Below, in pieces: positions 29,201 through 39,446 of a stretch of 64,000 bases of DNA. Origin of the DNA: Negativicutes bacterium (GTDB lineage Bacteria; Bacillota; Negativicutes; UBA1444); NCBI GenBank assembly GCA_963665275.2, contig CAXXIN010000014.1:146028-210027 (forward strand). Reading direction: 5' to 3'. The notes below the pieces were generated by a model, which saw nothing but the letters and a program-made list of their open reading frames with translations, was not told where the DNA came from and ran no database searches. Numbering within the stretch: the stretch's first letter is position 1; each line of letters begins with the position of its first letter. A program made the translations under genes and the position numbers.

Positions 29201-29825
29201 CGACGGCTGGGCTTACGACATCGGCTACGGCGGCCTCGACCATGTGATGGCCTCCGGCGAAGACGTCAATGTACTGGTCTTTGACACCGAAGTTTATTCC
29301 AACACCGGCGGGCAGTCGTCCAAGGCTACGCCGACGGCGGCAGTCGCCCAGTTCGCGTCCAGCGGCAAGAAAACACGCAAAAAAGATCTGGGAGTCATGG
29401 CGATGTCCTATGGTTATGTGTATGTGGCCCAAATTGCCATGGGAGCTGACAGGAACCAGACCTTGAAAGCCATTACCGAGGCGGAAGCATATCCCGGCCC
29501 CTCGCTCGTCATCGCTTACGCTCCCTGCGTCAGCCACGGTATTCAGGGCGGGATGCGCTACAGTCAGGAACAGGCGAAAAAAGCAGTGGAATCGGGTTAC
29601 TGGCATCTGTATCGGTACAATCCGGAATTAAAAGAGCAAGGGGCCAATCCCTTTATGCTGGATTCGAAAGAACCAACCGCCAGTTTCCAGGAATTCCTGA
29701 AAACCGAAGTCCGGTATTCGGGGCTGATGCGACAATTCCCGGCAACGGCGCAGGCCCTCTTCGACAAAGCGGAACGGGATGCCCGGGATCGCCTGGACAC
29801 TTACAAACGGCTGGCCTCACACTAA
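26262..29825 (+). CDS. nifJ: Pyruvate:ferredoxin (flavodoxin) oxidoreductase
   Basis: MDGNTAAA, IYPITPSS, two CxxCxxC clusters, FSGACAGCGET, GGDGWAYDIG, DTEVYSNTGGQ; 1187 aa. Confidence 0.97.
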   Translation: MSMAKRKMKTMDGNTAAAYVSYAFTEVAAIYPITPSSQMAELADEWSALGKKNIFGQPVRVVQMQSEGGAAGALHGSLQAGALSTTYTASQGLLLMIPNMYKIAGELLPAVFHVSARALAANALSIFGDHQDVMATRQTGFALLASSSVQEAMDLAAVAHLSAIRGRLPFLHFFDGFRTSHEVQKIEVLEYDELAALLDTEAVREFRDRSLSPNHPVTRGTTQNPDIYFQTREAVNKFYAALPGIVEESMRQINELTGRNYQLFNYYGAPDAERVVVAMGSACDAIRETIDYLSAKGDKVGLLEVHLYRPFAIERFLAAIPPGVRKIAVLDRTKEPGAAGDPLYLDVRNAYCGKDGAPLIVGGRYGLGSKDFTPADIAAVYENLKLENPKNGFTVSIVDDVTFASLPEYGQDIDTTPAGTTCCKFWGLGSDGTVSANKSAIKIIGDHTDMYAQAYFAYDAKKSGGITVSHLRFGKSPIRSSYLINKADFVACHNQSYVNKYNVLAGLKPGGKFLLNCEWSEQELEATLPGFMKRFIARNGIQFYTIDALKLAAEIGLGGRINMIMQSAFFKLAEIIPMADAVSYLKEALAEDYGKQGQKVIDMNYAAVEQGMNAVVKIAVPEAWNNAVDKESDIQHVACACSSDIALSGMPAFVNEMLVPMNRQEGDQLPVSMFNGREDGTFPSGTTAYEKRGVAVEVPEWQSDKCIQCNQCAFVCPHAVIRPLLIDSGEMAAAPAGFAVRPATGYPGQHFHLAISALDCTGCGSCVEVCPVKGKALEMKSLASQLPRGEEWWAFAGSIAVKPIDAKQKLTVKGSQFAQPLQEFSGACAGCGETPYAKLITQLVGDRMMISNAAGCSTVWGASAPSMSYCKNADGCGPAWAFSLFEDNAEYGFGMHVGVAQLRRTLQGKLEEALTHNPPSQLRDAITDWMAHMAEGNGTRERAGRLIAALESAKGNDALLNEIYDQRDYLVKRSQWIFGGDGWAYDIGYGGLDHVMASGEDVNVLVFDTEVYSNTGGQSSKATPTAAVAQFASSGKKTRKKDLGVMAMSYGYVYVAQIAMGADRNQTLKAITEAEAYPGPSLVIAYAPCVSHGIQGGMRYSQEQAKKAVESGYWHLYRYNPELKEQGANPFMLDSKEPTASFQEFLKTEVRYSGLMRQFPATAQALFDKAERDARDRLDTYKRLASH

Positions 29826-29834
29826 AAGAACCAG

Positions 29835-29860
29835 AACCCCGGTTTGCGCCGGGGTTTTTT
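29835..29860 (+). terminator. Intrinsic terminator
   Basis: AACCCCGG-TTTGCG-CCGGGGTT-TTTT. Confidence 0.85.
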
Positions 29861-29980
29861 CATGGGGAGGACACGGGTCTTAATGTGTCGAAGAATTAAA
29901 ATACGGGAAGGGGTAGTATATAGACTAAAAAAGTTATCAGACTCCACGATCCTGAATAACTCAAGGGCAGGAGCAAACAA

Positions 29981-30925
29981 ATGAAATTGATTGATTTACA
30001 TTGCGATACAATTATGCAGTTCATGGAAGCTACCGAAGAAACGGGTCTCTGGGAAAATAAATTCAGTGTTGACATACAGAAGCTGCGCCGTGGCAATGTG
30101 GCGGCCCAGTTTTTCGCGTTGTATGTTGATTTGGGTAAAACGGATACTCCGATGGAAACCTGCCTGGCAATGCTGGACCGGTTTTATCTGGAAATGGAAA
30201 AAAACAAGGAACACATCCGTCTGGCCACTTGTGCCAGCGACCTGATGGGTAATGCCGCGGCAGGAAAAATTTCGGCGTTTCTGACAATCGAAGAAGGGGC
30301 GGCGTTGCAAGGTAAGCTGGCGAATCTGCGCAATTTCTATCGTTTGGGGGTGCGGCTGATCACGCTCAGTTGGAACTACCCCAACGAAATTGGTTTCCCC
30401 AACGCTCTGGAAGAATGTCGCGACAAAGGGCTGACCGAGTTCGGCCGCGAAGTCGTGAGCGAGATGAACCGGCTAGGTATGGTGATTGATGTATCCCATC
30501 TTTCTGATGCTGGTTTTTATGATGTAGCGAGATTTTCGCAACATCCGTTTGTGGCATCTCACTCCAACGCCCGCGCCGTAACCGGCCATTCACGAAATTT
30601 GACCGATGACATGATTCGTGTTCTGGCCGAAAAAGGAGGCGTAACCGGGATAAATTTCGCCCAGGATTTTTTGGGCGACGACCCTGAGCTTAGCCATATC
30701 GCCGATATGGTGCGGCATATCATCCACATCAAGAAAATTGGCGGCATTGACGTTATCGCTATCGGTACTGACTTTGATGGCATAGATCCCCGGCAGGAAA
30801 TTGCCGACAGCGGGGAGATGGGCAAGTTGGCGGATGCTTTGGCTACGGCTGGGTTCGCGGAAACAGAAATCGAAAAAATCTTTTATCAAAATTCGTTTCG
30901 CGTCATTCAGGACGTGCTCGGTTAG
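29981..30925 (+). CDS. Membrane-dipeptidase family (M19) dipeptidase
   Basis: IDLHCD, LTIEEG, IDVSH, ASHSN, IGTDFDG. Confidence 0.92.
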   Translation: MKLIDLHCDTIMQFMEATEETGLWENKFSVDIQKLRRGNVAAQFFALYVDLGKTDTPMETCLAMLDRFYLEMEKNKEHIRLATCASDLMGNAAAGKISAFLTIEEGAALQGKLANLRNFYRLGVRLITLSWNYPNEIGFPNALEECRDKGLTEFGREVVSEMNRLGMVIDVSHLSDAGFYDVARFSQHPFVASHSNARAVTGHSRNLTDDMIRVLAEKGGVTGINFAQDFLGDDPELSHIADMVRHIIHIKKIGGIDVIAIGTDFDGIDPRQEIADSGEMGKLADALATAGFAETEIEKIFYQNSFRVIQDVLG

Positions 30926-30970
30926 TTTTGCGTCGATCAATTCCAAAATACTTCTGGGAGGATGAAGTAT

Positions 30971-31246
30971 ATGCAAAAACGGCCTAACGTCTATGTCACC
31001 CGAATGATACCGGAGGCGCCCATCATACTTCTGAAATCGCCTGGGCTTTGTTATTTGCAGTAGCCCGGCGGGTGGCCGATGATGTTTCTCGGTCAGGAGA
31101 TTATGGGCAAGACGCTAGGTGTTATCGGAACAGGCCGCATCGGCAGTTAAATGGCCCGCGGGGCGCAAGGGTTCGGCATGAGGGTGCTGTGCTGCGATGA
31201 ATTCAAGAAATCCGAACTGGAAAAAGACCTGGGAACTACTTACTGA
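30971..31246 (+). pseudogene. Internally deleted D-2-hydroxyacid (glyoxylate reductase-like) dehydrogenase
   Basis: MQKRPNVYVTRMIPE is joined within about 60 bp to MFLGQEIMGKTLGVIGTGRIGS*MARGAQGFGMRVL; in-frame stop and 3' truncation. Confidence 0.85.
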
Positions 31247-31310
31247 AAAATAATCGGACATCGCATGGGTGAAAACTGGATCGACGTCCAATAATTGAAT
31301 TCGTTCCTGA

Positions 31311-31365
31311 GAAAACAGCAGCAGAGATTTTGTAACAATGTTATAAAATCTCTGCTGCTGTTTTC
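31311..31365. repeat. 55-bp inverted repeat centred on operator box 1
   Basis: 26-bp arms with one mismatch and a 3-nt loop. Confidence 0.85.
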
Positions 31366-31418
31366 GATAAAGTTCGTTTCGTTGTTCTAATGTGCTAAAA
31401 GCGAATTAAGCATAGACT
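31330..31418 (+). promoter_or_regulatory. Conserved bipartite promoter, copy 1
   Basis: TTGTAAC-AAT-GTTATAA (31330-46); half-site GTTCTAA ending 31390; -35 ATGTGC; -10 TAGACT (31413-18). Confidence 0.75.
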
Positions 31419-31484
31419 TAGAAATAGGCTGGTGGGTTTGCATGGACTTCACCAGGCAAAAACCTGAGAGGGGGAAGTGGCAGA

Positions 31485-32879
31485 ATGAAAAATATGAGGC
31501 ATGCTTTCACCCATTTCGTTTTCGCGGTTCTCTTGCTGGTTTTCCTGCCGGCTGCCGCTGGCCCTGCGGAAGATTACAAGGAAGCCCGCTTGCTATATCT
31601 GAGTGCTGCGGCTAGTTTGGCAGCTTATCCCGGTATGGATGGCGATATTGTCATGGGCGCGGTCGGGCGCGATGGCTGGGAGATAGTACCGTATATCCAA
31701 AAAGACACAGCTGCCAAGGCAAAGTTTTTCTTTGCCAGCAAGGAAGTGCCGTCTAAGCCTACGGAATATTTGTTGGCGATTGCCGGAACTTCTACCCGCA
31801 CAGATCTCAAGTTGGATTTGCAAATTGGCAAAGTGTTTTTTGCCGGCAAAACCTTTGATGAGTTTCAGGCTAATGCAACAATTAAACCGGCATTTCCTGA
31901 ACAGGTGCCCATGGTTCATGAAGGCTTCAATCGACATGTTCAAACCGCTTTTTCGGCGGAGACACAGTCGGATGGCAGTAAGCCGGGACGTAAAATAGTG
32001 GAGTTAATGTTGGAGCATCCAGACAGCGTTGTGTATTTGGCAGGACATAGTGCCGGGGGCAGTGCGGCCACGCTGCTCGGAGCCCGTCTCGTCAGCATGG
32101 GAGTAAAGCCCGGGCAAATAAAAATTATCACGTTCGGTGCTCCGGCCGTTGGTAATAAAGTGTTTGCTGAGAAGTATGAGCAAGATTTGGAGCAGATTCG
32201 CGTAGTGGTTGCAGGCGATCCGATCCCCGATCTGCTGAAAGTGTTTACCCGCGGATATCAGCACTTTGGTCGGGAAATCCGCTGGACTACCTCAGGGTAT
32301 ACATTCGACGAAAAGCACTATCCAAATATTTATTTGGATTGCGCTATCAAAAATTACTATGACAAGCGTTTAGCGGCAGCTGCAGCAGGGGACTCCGATG
32401 CCGTATTGCCTAATGAAACACCTGCCGTCGAAGGTGCACGTCTATATATTGCAGAGATCAACAACAGTTTGACTAAATCGCTGGGCGAGGAATTCGAGTA
32501 CATGCGTGAAGTATTGTTGGATCAATATCGGATAGCGATACCGGCCTATGTCATTGGAACTCCCGTTGAAAATGACTCGTCACATTTCGAAGCGCTGCGA
32601 GCCAAAGCGGCAGAGGCGTCCTGCGATCGAATGGTGATTGTGAACATTTGGGGGAGTACGCAGAATGATCCGGCCGTCTATGATAAAGGCCTGATGTCCA
32701 AACCGGACGAGCCCTACGACCTGATTGTGCTTGAACAAACTGTATTTCGTGTTTCAGACGGAGCTCTGTTAGGCGGAAGAACTTATCAAAAAGGATCAAA
32801 ATATTTTACACCGCTGGGTGCGTTAGCATCAGCAGCAGTTGCCATGGGCAGCGACAGTGCCGCTTGGAGCGGACAATAA
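31485..32879 (+). CDS. Exported class-3 lipase family protein
   Basis: Signal peptide, LAIAGT, VHEGF, LAGHSAGG, ITFGAP.VGN, GDPIP. Confidence 0.85.
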   Translation: MKNMRHAFTHFVFAVLLLVFLPAAAGPAEDYKEARLLYLSAAASLAAYPGMDGDIVMGAVGRDGWEIVPYIQKDTAAKAKFFFASKEVPSKPTEYLLAIAGTSTRTDLKLDLQIGKVFFAGKTFDEFQANATIKPAFPEQVPMVHEGFNRHVQTAFSAETQSDGSKPGRKIVELMLEHPDSVVYLAGHSAGGSAATLLGARLVSMGVKPGQIKIITFGAPAVGNKVFAEKYEQDLEQIRVVVAGDPIPDLLKVFTRGYQHFGREIRWTTSGYTFDEKHYPNIYLDCAIKNYYDKRLAAAAAGDSDAVLPNETPAVEGARLYIAEINNSLTKSLGEEFEYMREVLLDQYRIAIPAYVIGTPVENDSSHFEALRAKAAEASCDRMVIVNIWGSTQNDPAVYDKGLMSKPDEPYDLIVLEQTVFRVSDGALLGGRTYQKGSKYFTPLGALASAAVAMGSDSAAWSGQ

Positions 32880-32906
32880 ATGATTGTGGAAGGAGTAATG
32901 AAAAAA

Positions 32907-33374
32907 ATGAAAGGTGACACGAAACTGATTGAAACGTTGAATGGATTGCTGTCGGGAGAACTTACGGCCGTCAACCAATACATTGTTCACGCAGAGATGT
33001 GCGCTAACTGGGGTTATGGTAAGCTACACGATCATTTCGAGACGAGGGCAATTGATGAAATGAAACACGTTGGCCTGCTCATTTCCCGGATTCTATTCCT
33101 GGAAGGCATACCCATCGTTAGTGAACTCAATAAAATTCATATTGGCGAAGACGTGGCTAATATGTTCCAAAATGACCACAGGCATGAAAAAAAGACCATT
33201 GAAGACTACAACGAGGCGATCGAAGTAGCCGGCAAGGCCAAAGATTTTGCAACGCGTGAAATATTGGAAGGCATCCTCAGCGATGAGGATGGACACATTA
33301 ACGCCATCGAAGAGAATCAGGTGCAAATTGTTCAAATAACGTTAGAAATGTATCTGTCGACAAAGGTTGGATAA
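32907..33374 (+). CDS. bfr: Bacterioferritin
   Basis: MKGD start, ELTAVNQY, IDEMKH (haem-ligating Met), DEDGH. Confidence 0.92.
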   Translation: MKGDTKLIETLNGLLSGELTAVNQYIVHAEMCANWGYGKLHDHFETRAIDEMKHVGLLISRILFLEGIPIVSELNKIHIGEDVANMFQNDHRHEKKTIEDYNEAIEVAGKAKDFATREILEGILSDEDGHINAIEENQVQIVQITLEMYLSTKVG

Positions 33375-33411
33375 TTTACCGCTGAAAAATAAATTATGGG
33401 AGAGTGTAATG

Positions 33412-33612
33412 ATGAACGAAGATATTCTGGAAGGGAAATGGCATGAACTGAAAGGCGGAGTCAAAGCGAAGTGGGGAAAACTAACCGAAGACGATCTCAC
33501 CTTGGTGAACGGAGAATCCGAAAAACTCATGGGAGTTCTCCAAACACGATATGGGTATACCCGGGACAAAGCCAAAGAGGAATATGATCAATTTATCAAC
33601 AACCAAAAATAA
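33412..33612 (+). CDS. CsbD/YjbJ-family stress protein
   Basis: MNEDILEGKWHELKG.VK.KWGKLT.DDL...G.LQ.RYG. Confidence 0.9.
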   Translation: MNEDILEGKWHELKGGVKAKWGKLTEDDLTLVNGESEKLMGVLQTRYGYTRDKAKEEYDQFINNQK

Positions 33613-33654
33613 GCCTTTATCAGGGTAAAGGCATTTGTTAGAGGAGAAAAAAAT

Positions 33655-33975
33655 ATGTCATTTATGGATTTGTTGCCAAAAAGCAATGTGGAACGCAAGC
33701 GCAATGCGCGTGAACAAGCTGCAGTTGGAGCCGCGATTGGCGTGACAGTCGGCGCCGTTGCCGGGATATTGCTGGCGCCAAAAGCTGGCAGAGAAACCAG
33801 GGCGGAACTTGTAACAAACATTCAGGAATTGCCGGAAAAAGTCCGGGAGTTGTCTGAAAAAACCAAAGAACTGGCTGGTGAAGCGAGGGGAAAAATCGCC
33901 GCAAAAATTAAAAAAGATCTATGTGGTTGCCCAGAAGCAGAGCCAGTTGAAAAAGAAGACTTTTCAACTGAATGA
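33655..33975 (+). CDS. YtxH-domain protein
   Basis: GAAIG.TVGAVAGILLAPKAGRETR. Confidence 0.9.
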   Translation: MSFMDLLPKSNVERKRNAREQAAVGAAIGVTVGAVAGILLAPKAGRETRAELVTNIQELPEKVRELSEKTKELAGEARGKIAAKIKKDLCGCPEAEPVEKEDFSTE

Positions 33976-33997
33976 TTAAAGAAGGGGGGCAGTTATT

Positions 33998-34771
33998 GTG
34001 CTTAATAAAGCGAAAAATTTAGCAGGTTATACTTTGCTCGCGCGCGACGGAGAAGTGGGTAAGGTCAAAGAATTCTATTTCGATGATCATCACTGGACCG
34101 TTCGCTATCTGGTCGTCGATACAGGAAACTGGATTTCTGGTCGACAAGTTTTAATTTCGCCGTATGTGATCACAGCGGTGAATACACTCGAGAAAAACTT
34201 CGAGGTCGCCCTGACGAAAAAACAAATTGAGAACAGTCCGTCATTAGAAACGGACAAGCCCGTTTCACGGCAATTTGAGGAAGTGTACAACGGGTACTAT
34301 GAATTGCCGATGTATTGGAATGGTCCATTTGTATGGGGAGAACATCCTTTCATTGATCGCAACCATCAAAAATCGCAGCCCATAAACCCGGGTGGAAAAA
34401 CTTGGGACCCGAATCTGCGCAGTACAGCCGCCGTAACCGGCTACAACATTGAAGCGGCAGATGGCGATATAGGGAATGTCGACGATTTTATCATTGATGA
34501 TGAGACGTGGAGCATTCGTTATATGGTTGTCGACACTGTGAACTGGTGGCCGGGGAAAAAGGTTCTGGTTTCGCCACTCTGGATTGAACGCGTGAGTTGG
34601 GCCCAGTCGAAAGTATTCGTTACTCTTTCCCGCGATGCCATTAAGAAGTCGCCAGAATACACTGAGAAGTTGCTGTTGAATCGCGAATATGAGACAGCAC
34701 TGCATAAACATTACCGTCGTACGGGATACTGGGATGATGAGCAGGCTTTCAGAGAGCATACTACCTTATAG
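33998..34771 (+). CDS. Tandem PRC-barrel protein
   Basis: Two repeats of A.DG..G.V..F..DD..W..RY.VVDT.NW..G..VL.SP. Confidence 0.88.
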   Translation: MLNKAKNLAGYTLLARDGEVGKVKEFYFDDHHWTVRYLVVDTGNWISGRQVLISPYVITAVNTLEKNFEVALTKKQIENSPSLETDKPVSRQFEEVYNGYYELPMYWNGPFVWGEHPFIDRNHQKSQPINPGGKTWDPNLRSTAAVTGYNIEAADGDIGNVDDFIIDDETWSIRYMVVDTVNWWPGKKVLVSPLWIERVSWAQSKVFVTLSRDAIKKSPEYTEKLLLNREYETALHKHYRRTGYWDDEQAFREHTTL

Positions 34772-34793
34772 ATAAATCCGTCAGTCTGGATAA

Positions 34794-34837
34794 ATGACAA
34801 GCCGTGTTCCGATGAAGTTCGGAACACGGCTTGTCAT
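34794..34837. terminator. Bidirectional hairpin between convergent genes
   Basis: Perfect 19-bp arms ATGACAAGCCGTGTTCCGA / TCGGAACACGGCTTGTCAT. Confidence 0.8.
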
Positions 34838-34855
34838 GAGTACGTCGGGTTTCGG

Positions 34856-37822
34856 TTAAGGCTTGACTATATCTGAAGTGATATCATCAATGGTCATGTA
34901 TACCTGATACGGTTTGTTTTCTCCAGGCCAGAACTGCGGAATTGCGTTGACGCGAATCCAGATGAGGTTTTTTTTAAGCGGGGGCCGTAATCCCATGACG
35001 ACCTCGTGAACTTTTTGACCGGTTGTCAGGGCCGTGATGGCGGGTTGCTCTTCTCTTGGGAAGTCGGTCCCGTCTTTGCGCAAGGTTTTGCCCAGGGGAT
35101 TAAAGGGATCGCGTTTCTTCATCTTGTCGACCGTTAGTCCCAGTATTCTTTCTGCCGCAGAATTGGCATCAAGAATCTGGCCTTTATCATTCAGAAAAAT
35201 TACTCCCTGCGGCATCGTTTCAAATAAGATACGGTATTTGGACTCGGTTTCACGCAGTGCCGACTGGGTTCGTTTCATCTGGGAAATATTGAAGAAAGAA
35301 ATGACGCCGCCTTCAATTACGTTTTCCAGGGTGCGATAGGGCGATATATGAAGCAAAAACCACTCTCCCAGCTTGCTTTGAACTTCCACCTCGAGAGGAA
35401 TGAGCGTTTCCAATACGGACTGCAAGTCTTCAACAAGGGAATTATAAGCGACCAGATTGGACGCGATATGTTCCACGGGCCTGCCAATATCTGACTGGAT
35501 CAGGTTAATGACCTGGGTGGCCGCCGGGGTGAAACGCCGGATGCGAAGTTGGTGGTCAACAAAAACAGTTCCAACACCGGTGCCGGCCAACAAATTGTTC
35601 ATATCGTTATTGACCCAGGTGAGATCCGTTACTTTGGCCTGAAGTTCGGCGTTGACGGTGTATAGTTCCTCGTTGACGGATTGCAGTTCCTCCTTGGATG
35701 TTTCCATTTCTTCGTTCGTCGACTGCAACTCCTCATTGACGGCCTGCATTTCGTCATTGGAAGTTTCCCTGGCTTCGTTGGCTCGTTGTAGATATTCTTC
35801 CTTGAGTTTCAATTCTCGTTTCAATTCTTCGATAAAAGGGGAAGTGCTTTCATTTTCAGCAAATTCTTTTGAGTTCGCAAGGGCGGGGATGCTTTGACAA
35901 GGGTGATTTATATCTTGTGCGCGCTCCAGGATGACGAGGAACAGGGTCGTTCCTGTGCCTGACGAGGAGTCAATCCCGACAGGTTTGACTGTCAGGTCAA
36001 TGACGGATAGGGTCTCTTTCATTTTGACCGTTAGACCTTTACGGACGATCTTCTCATTCTGCTTCACCGCTTTTTGCAGCGCGCGGGTAATCTCTTTTTG
36101 CAGGACTCCGTGCGCCATTTTCAGGAGACTATTCAGCCGCTGTTCGCCTTGCGCAGGTTCCAGGTATTGACCGGCATACCCCTCGAGATAGAGCAGGTCG
36201 CCATGTTCGTTGACCAGAGCGCCGACCGCAGCATAATGTTCAAGCAGGGCCTGTTCGGTTAATTCGCGCAAGGAGATTCTCGGTTTATCGAAATTTCTGC
36301 CGGAATTTTGGAACGTAGCCGGAGAATCAGGCCGCGGTGACGGATACTTCATGCGAGTAGGACGGGCAGACCCCAAAAGATCTTCTTTGCGTTGATAAAG
36401 TTTTGCCTGTGGGTCGATGGTGGTGAATACATCAGCATATTCGCCGACAGTCTCCGACGTTCCCAAAAATAGTATTCCGCAGGAGTTCAAAGCAAAGTGG
36501 AACAAGCGGAGGATTCTTTTTTGCAAATCAGGCTCCAGATAAATCAGCAAATTGCGGCAACTGATCAGATTGAGCTTCGAAAAAGGCGGATCTTTTATCA
36601 AGTCATGTTCAGAAAATATCAGGAGGTCTCGAATTGTTTTGTGTACCCGATAACTGCCGTCAGTACTCGGAACAAAAAAGCGCGCCAACCGTTCCGGGGT
36701 CAAATCTGCTGCAACCGTTTCGGGATAGAGGGCGGATCGCCCCCGCGCAATGGCTTTGCTGTCGATGTCGGTTGCAAACACCTGTAGTTTGAAGTGCTGT
36801 TTCAGCGCATCCATCCGTTCTTGCAGCAAAATGGCGATTGAATAGGCTTCTTCACCGGTTGAACAGGCAGGCACCCAGACCCGGATCGCCGAACCGGGCA
36901 TTTTGCCCTCGAATAAGGAGGGGATCACTTGGGACTCGAGAACAGCAAAGGCTTCTTTGTCGCGAAAAAAACTGGTGACACCGATCAACAGATCTTTGAA
37001 TAGAAGATCCAGCTCTGCTGGCGTCTGCTGCAAATAACGGAGGTATTCTTCCGGACCCGACAGCTTGTGAACAGCCATTCGCCTTGCTACCCGACGACTG
37101 ATGGTATTGGGCTTGTATAGGGAAAAATCATGTCCGGTGTGGGCAAGCAGCAGGGTGAATATTTTTTTCATCGTATCGTCAGGGCGTGCGGAGGGCGGTG
37201 GCGCGTGGGTGACAAAATCAATTAGTGCCGCCGGCATTTCAGCGGGTGGCAGGACATAATCCACCACCCCGGCAGCGATGACGCTGCGCGGCATGCCGTC
37301 ATATTCCGCGGATTCAGTGTTTTGCGACATTACCATGCCGCCTTCGTCTTTGATCGCAATCGCTCCCAAAGTACCATCATTGCCAGTTCCTGAAAGTATG
37401 ACGCCGATGGCGAGTTCGTGTTGGGCAGCTGCAAGTGAAAGAAAGAACATGTCGATTGGTAGTCGTTGCCCCCTGGGCGAGGACGGTTTCGATAATTGCA
37501 AAGACCCATTTACCAGCGTCATGTCCCGGTTGGGGGGGATGACATAAACATGATTGGTCTGGATGATTGTCCCATCTTCGACTTCCGTGACTGGCATGCT
37601 GGTATGTTTTTGAATCAGTTCACAGAGAAGGCTTTTGTGGTCGGGAGCTAAATGTTGAATCAAAACAAAGGCCATGCCGGTATCGAGGGCAGCAGGCATG
37701 GCCGAAAAGAAAGCGTCAAACGCTGCAAGACCACCAGCGGAGGCGCCGATGGCTACGATGGGAACCGGCGTAAGTACGCCAGACGGTTTTTTTGAAGGAA
37801 TCCGTTTTTTATTCATTGTCAT
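34856..37822 (-). CDS. CheB/CheR fusion with coiled coil and two PAS domains; no kinase domain
   Basis: Che[17 protein letters not shown]; Che[30 protein letters not shown]; [10 protein letters not shown] helix; PAS-PAS. Confidence 0.93.
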   Translation of the reverse strand: MTMNKKRIPSKKPSGVLTPVPIVAIGASAGGLAAFDAFFSAMPAALDTGMAFVLIQHLAPDHKSLLCELIQKHTSMPVTEVEDGTIIQTNHVYVIPPNRDMTLVNGSLQLSKPSSPRGQRLPIDMFFLSLAAAQHELAIGVILSGTGNDGTLGAIAIKDEGGMVMSQNTESAEYDGMPRSVIAAGVVDYVLPPAEMPAALIDFVTHAPPPSARPDDTMKKIFTLLLAHTGHDFSLYKPNTISRRVARRMAVHKLSGPEEYLRYLQQTPAELDLLFKDLLIGVTSFFRDKEAFAVLESQVIPSLFEGKMPGSAIRVWVPACSTGEEAYSIAILLQERMDALKQHFKLQVFATDIDSKAIARGRSALYPETVAADLTPERLARFFVPSTDGSYRVHKTIRDLLIFSEHDLIKDPPFSKLNLISCRNLLIYLEPDLQKRILRLFHFALNSCGILFLGTSETVGEYADVFTTIDPQAKLYQRKEDLLGSARPTRMKYPSPRPDSPATFQNSGRNFDKPRISLRELTEQALLEHYAAVGALVNEHGDLLYLEGYAGQYLEPAQGEQRLNSLLKMAHGVLQKEITRALQKAVKQNEKIVRKGLTVKMKETLSVIDLTVKPVGIDSSSGTGTTLFLVILERAQDINHPCQSIPALANSKEFAENESTSPFIEELKRELKLKEEYLQRANEARETSNDEMQAVNEELQSTNEEMETSKEELQSVNEELYTVNAELQAKVTDLTWVNNDMNNLLAGTGVGTVFVDHQLRIRRFTPAATQVINLIQSDIGRPVEHIASNLVAYNSLVEDLQSVLETLIPLEVEVQSKLGEWFLLHISPYRTLENVIEGGVISFFNISQMKRTQSALRETESKYRILFETMPQGVIFLNDKGQILDANSAAERILGLTVDKMKKRDPFNPLGKTLRKDGTDFPREEQPAITALTTGQKVHEVVMGLRPPLKKNLIWIRVNAIPQFWPGENKPYQVYMTIDDITSDIVKP

Positions 37823-38067
37823 GGCAGCCTCCAGTATATATGCGTTGTAGTAAGGGCTACCCCTTTGATCGGTGCGTAATACATCATTATATCACTTTTA
37901 AAAGAAAAATGATGAATAATTATAAATTTTCAGACTAATATGGCGGTGATGATAGGAACACTGATAATATCTGTGTTATATTATAATTGACAGATGAATA
38001 TTGAGAGTGGACTTTCGGACTCAAGGAGCGCCGGGTCTATATTGAAATATCAGGGAGGACTAAGGGG

Positions 38068-39435
38068 ATGCCAAAGAAAAAAAACGCGCTAGAGGCAATC
38101 AATGACGCGGTAGAAGTCGCCGGTGAGGAACGTCGGCGACTGGCGGAGACTATAGTTCGGGAAACTATGGAGCAGGCGCCGGACGAGCCGGGAGAGCTCA
38201 CCGTAGATACGGCGAGTCGGTTGCTTCATGAACTGCGAGTGCATCAAATCGAGCTGGAAATGCAGAACAATGAGCTGCGTCGGTCCCAACAGGGACTGGA
38301 AAAGTCCCGCACGCTATTTTTCGAGTTATATAATCTGGCGCCAGTAGGTTATGTTACGCTAAACGAAAAAGGCATGATCGTGGGGGCGAATTTTACATTT
38401 GCCGCGATGGTGGATGCAACGATGAGTACGATTCTGGCAAAGCCGTTTTCTCAATTTGTCTGTCATGACGACCAAGATATTTACTATTGCTGGGAAAAGA
38501 AACTCAGGAAAAAGAATGCTTCGCACACGTGTGAGTTGCGGTTGGAAAAGAAAGATGGCACGCAATTTTGGATACATCTGGTGGCCAACCTAACACAGGA
38601 TGCTGATGGGAAAAGAGTCATTCGCGTCGTGGTGAGCGATATTTCTGAATTGAAAAAAACGGAGCACGAACTGGCTGCAGCCAATCGTACCATCGAGGAA
38701 ACGTCCAAGGCGAAGTCGATTTTCCTGGCCAACATGTCCCATGAATTACGGACTCCGCTCAACACGATCATCGGATTTTCTGAAGTGATGCAGGATGAAT
38801 TGTTTGGGCCTCTGAATGCGAAGCAGATGACATTTGTGGAGAACATCCTGAACAGCGGACGACACCTGCTCAGTCTCATCAACGATATTCTCGATATCAG
38901 CAAAGTGGAAGCGCAAAAAATGACTCTGGAGCTGGACCGTATAAACCTGGCGGATATATGCAAAGGAACTGTGGCTGCATTCAGCGAAAAAGCACGCAAA
39001 AAAGAGGTCACATTGGCCTATTCGTTTGATCCAAACCTAGTCGACGTGCCGATAGTTGCTGACGGGCGTAAAATCAAACAAATCCTCTATAACCTTGTCG
39101 ATAACGGCATTAAATTCAATCACTCACAGGGGTCTGTAAGCATATCGGTTCAAAAAGACAGTGACCTCGCGATCCCTGCAGGGATAAAAATTATCGTGGA
39201 AGACACTGGAATCGGAATAGCAGACGAGGATCAAGAGAAGCTGTTCCTGCCGTTCAGCCAGCTGGCGCAGTCGTATTACGATCGACAAACGGAGGGGACC
39301 GGATTGGGACTGGCCCTGACCAAGCATCTGGTTGAACTGCACGGTGGCAAGATCTTTCTTCAGAGTGACCCAGGGCAAGGGTCTCGGTTCACTATTGTAT
39401 TACCGTTGAATCGGCATGAATCCGGCAACGTCTAA
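38068..39435 (+). CDS. Cytoplasmic PAS histidine kinase
   Basis: LHELRVHQIELEMQN coiled coil, PAS, MSHELRTPL, NLVDNGIKF, DTGIGI, GTGLGL. Confidence 0.93.
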   Translation: MPKKKNALEAINDAVEVAGEERRRLAETIVRETMEQAPDEPGELTVDTASRLLHELRVHQIELEMQNNELRRSQQGLEKSRTLFFELYNLAPVGYVTLNEKGMIVGANFTFAAMVDATMSTILAKPFSQFVCHDDQDIYYCWEKKLRKKNASHTCELRLEKKDGTQFWIHLVANLTQDADGKRVIRVVVSDISELKKTEHELAAANRTIEETSKAKSIFLANMSHELRTPLNTIIGFSEVMQDELFGPLNAKQMTFVENILNSGRHLLSLINDILDISKVEAQKMTLELDRINLADICKGTVAAFSEKARKKEVTLAYSFDPNLVDVPIVADGRKIKQILYNLVDNGIKFNHSQGSVSISVQKDSDLAIPAGIKIIVEDTGIGIADEDQEKLFLPFSQLAQSYYDRQTEGTGLGLALTKHLVELHGGKIFLQSDPGQGSRFTIVLPLNRHESGNV

Positions 39436-39446
39436 GGAGAGAACAC

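Noticed and set aside
26745-29606. 308-aa and 635-aa antisense ORFs
   Set aside because: Shadows of the GC-rich nifJ gene.
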